Origin: an uncultured Planctomycetota bacterium
GTDB taxonomy: Bacteria > Planctomycetota > Planctomycetia > Isosphaerales > Isosphaeraceae
DNA: 64,000 bases
Assembly (NCBI GenBank): GCA_963823665.1
Contig: CAWGMQ010000010.1
Span: 2,432,001-2,496,000, forward strand
Direction of reading: 5' to 3'
Shown: positions 62,494-64,000 of the stretch, one piece after another
Layout of the letters: each line of letters opens with the position of its first letter
How positions within the stretch are numbered: the stretch's first letter is position 1
Program-made: the position numbers and the translations under genes
Notes under the pieces: model-generated
What the model saw: only the letters and a program-made list of their open reading frames with translations
Told to the model about the DNA's origin: nothing
The model's database searches: none

Positions 62494-62613
62494 GCGCAAT
62501 TGCGGTGAAACTGGAGGTCTCCCGTCATGCACGGGTCTCCGACCCGCCCTTCGCCCGATCTGAGGTCTCCCGAATTTCTCGCCCGCGGCCGCGTTCCTCC
62601 CAACGGCGCCGAA

Positions 62614-64000
62614 TCATTCCGCGAACGCCTTGGCCGGCATCACGAGATCCATCATCAGCACACGAAAATCGGCCCGGTTCCGCAGCGGGTCCAAGGCCGA
62701 TTCGGTGCGGAAAGCGTCGGGGATGCGATAGCCCATCGACTCGGCCAGGCGCAACCCGGCCATCGCCTTCTCGGCCTGGTCGACGCCTTCCGCGGCGGCC
62801 ACTCCCGAGCCCGGCCGGCCGGCGAGTCCCGCCAGACCGGCGTGGCAGCATCCCCTTATGAAAGTATGCTCGCCGCTCACGGACTTGGCCCCGTCGTATA
62901 TCGCGCACGCACGCTTCCAGGCAGTAGCGGCTCCCGCCAGGTTTTCCATGCTGAATCGCACCTGGCCAAGTCGCAGGTACACGTCGCCAAGGCCCGCGCG
63001 GAACCACGGGACTTCGGGATGCGCCTCGACCAGAGGCTCACGCACCGCCAGCGCGCGCTCACATGCGGCGAGCGCCTCCTCAAGCCTCCCGGACCGACGA
63101 AGCAGGTCCGCCGTGTTGGTCTGGCAGTTCGCCAGCGAATCCCTGTCCAAAGGCGTCGCTGAGCTCGGCTCGGCGAGATTCTGTCTGATCGCCTCTTCCC
63201 GCGCGTAGTAGACGATCGCCTCGTCGGTTTTTCCAGCCTGCGCGAGCTGCCAGCCGATGCCTAGCAGGATGTCTGCCAGTTGCCTCTGAAATTGGGGGAT
63301 GGCTGGGTTGTCGTCCGCGAGCGCCCGGCACGAGGCATACCGGTCTTCAGGCCCAGAGGCCATGGCTCGGAGGCAGATCGCTTCGAGCGCCGGGTCGATC
63401 CTGCGGTCGAGCCCACGCGGTCGGGGGAACTCGCCCCGCTGCACGGCGTGAATCACGTCGCCCGCTTCGCCCGCAAACGGCGGCCGACCGGTGAGCAAAC
63501 AGTAGAGCGTCGCTCCCAGGCTGTAGACATCCGACCGTGGACCCAACCGGTCAAGCTGACCTACGGCCTGCTCGGGGCTCATGTAGGCCGGAGTGCCCAG
63601 CGCCGAGCCGGGCAACGTCTCCGACGAACCGCTTGCCGAGGAGGGCAAGAGCGTCCGCTCCACCGCCGCCGGGTCCGACTTGCCCGTGGCTTTGGCCAGC
63701 CCCCAATCCACCACCAGCGTCTCGCCGTGCCGCCCGAGGATGATGTTACTTGGCTTGATGTCCCGATGCAGCACGCCGCGGGAGTGCGCGTATTCGATGG
63801 CGTTGCACACGTCCGTGAAGCGCCGCAGCAGCTTGCGCAGCTCGAGGTCGCGAGAAGCGGCCGCCATGCCAGCGACATCCCGGCCCTCCCCCACAAGCGG
63901 GGAGGGCGATTTTGTGATGCTGCGTCGATGAAATCGCTCAATCGCTTCCTTGAGGCTCTCGCCGCGGATGAACCTCATGGCGTAGTACGGTCGGCCGTCG
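62614..64000 (-). CDS. Ser/Thr kinase-TPR paralogue, internally deleted (5' end beyond the window)
   Basis: HRDIKPSN, DWGLAK; the kinase end CRALADD is fused directly to NPAIPQF of a late TPR. Confidence 0.8.
   Translation of the reverse strand, partial: DGRPYYAMRFIRGESLKEAIERFHRRSITKSPSPLVGEGRDVAGMAAASRDLELRKLLRRFTDVCNAIEYAHSRGVLHRDIKPSNIILGRHGETLVVDWGLAKATGKSDPAAVERTLLPSSASGSSETLPGSALGTPAYMSPEQAVGQLDRLGPRSDVYSLGATLYCLLTGRPPFAGEAGDVIHAVQRGEFPRPRGLDRRIDPALEAICLRAMASGPEDRYASCRALADDNPAIPQFQRQLADILLGIGWQLAQAGKTDEAIVYYAREEAIRQNLAEPSSATPLDRDSLANCQTNTADLLRRSGRLEEALAACERALAVREPLVEAHPEVPWFRAGLGDVYLRLGQVRFSMENLAGAATAWKRACAIYDGAKSVSGEHTFIRGCCHAGLAGLAGRPGSGVAAAEGVDQAEKAMAGLRLAESMGYRIPDAFRTESALDPLRNRADFRVLMMDLVMPAKAFAE

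Overview
GC-rich bacterial window, probably Planctomycetota (Isosphaeraceae-like); the taxonomy is inferred from the Ser/Thr kinase-TPR and LRR proteins. It is an accessory general-stress and signalling island. It encodes CsbD, DUF3309, GlsB/YeaQ, DUF1328, YihY, Pmp3, LEA-like repeat proteins, a ferritin-like protein, a Cu-storage protein, a desaturase, MMPL, GH13/GH15 enzymes, a frameshifted cyclic beta-1,2-glucan synthase, several kinases and receivers, a PP2C phosphatase, two Crp/Fnr regulators, HPr, and four DUF2294 (MpsC/YbcI-like) paralogues without MpsAB/DabAB. The main unexplained signal is 12 dispersed copies of a ~110-nt structured leader. Its consensus is GUCGGAYGACU..GAAGGGCARCCCGG-loop-CCGGGnnGYYYGUYG..RGUAAGCCGRCGUGG-terminator-U tract. 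Each copy is sense to the downstream operon. Eleven lie 59-70 bp below a TTGCTW-like sigma70-type promoter. All can form mutually exclusive antiterminator and terminator folds with compensatory changes. I interpret this as a candidate novel riboswitch or protein-dependent attenuator regulon, with DUF2294 as a possible effector (inference). The window also contains local duplications, deletions, gene remnants and many single-base frameshifts. No rRNA, tRNA, CRISPR or transposase was recognised. All family calls are from motif recognition, not database searches.
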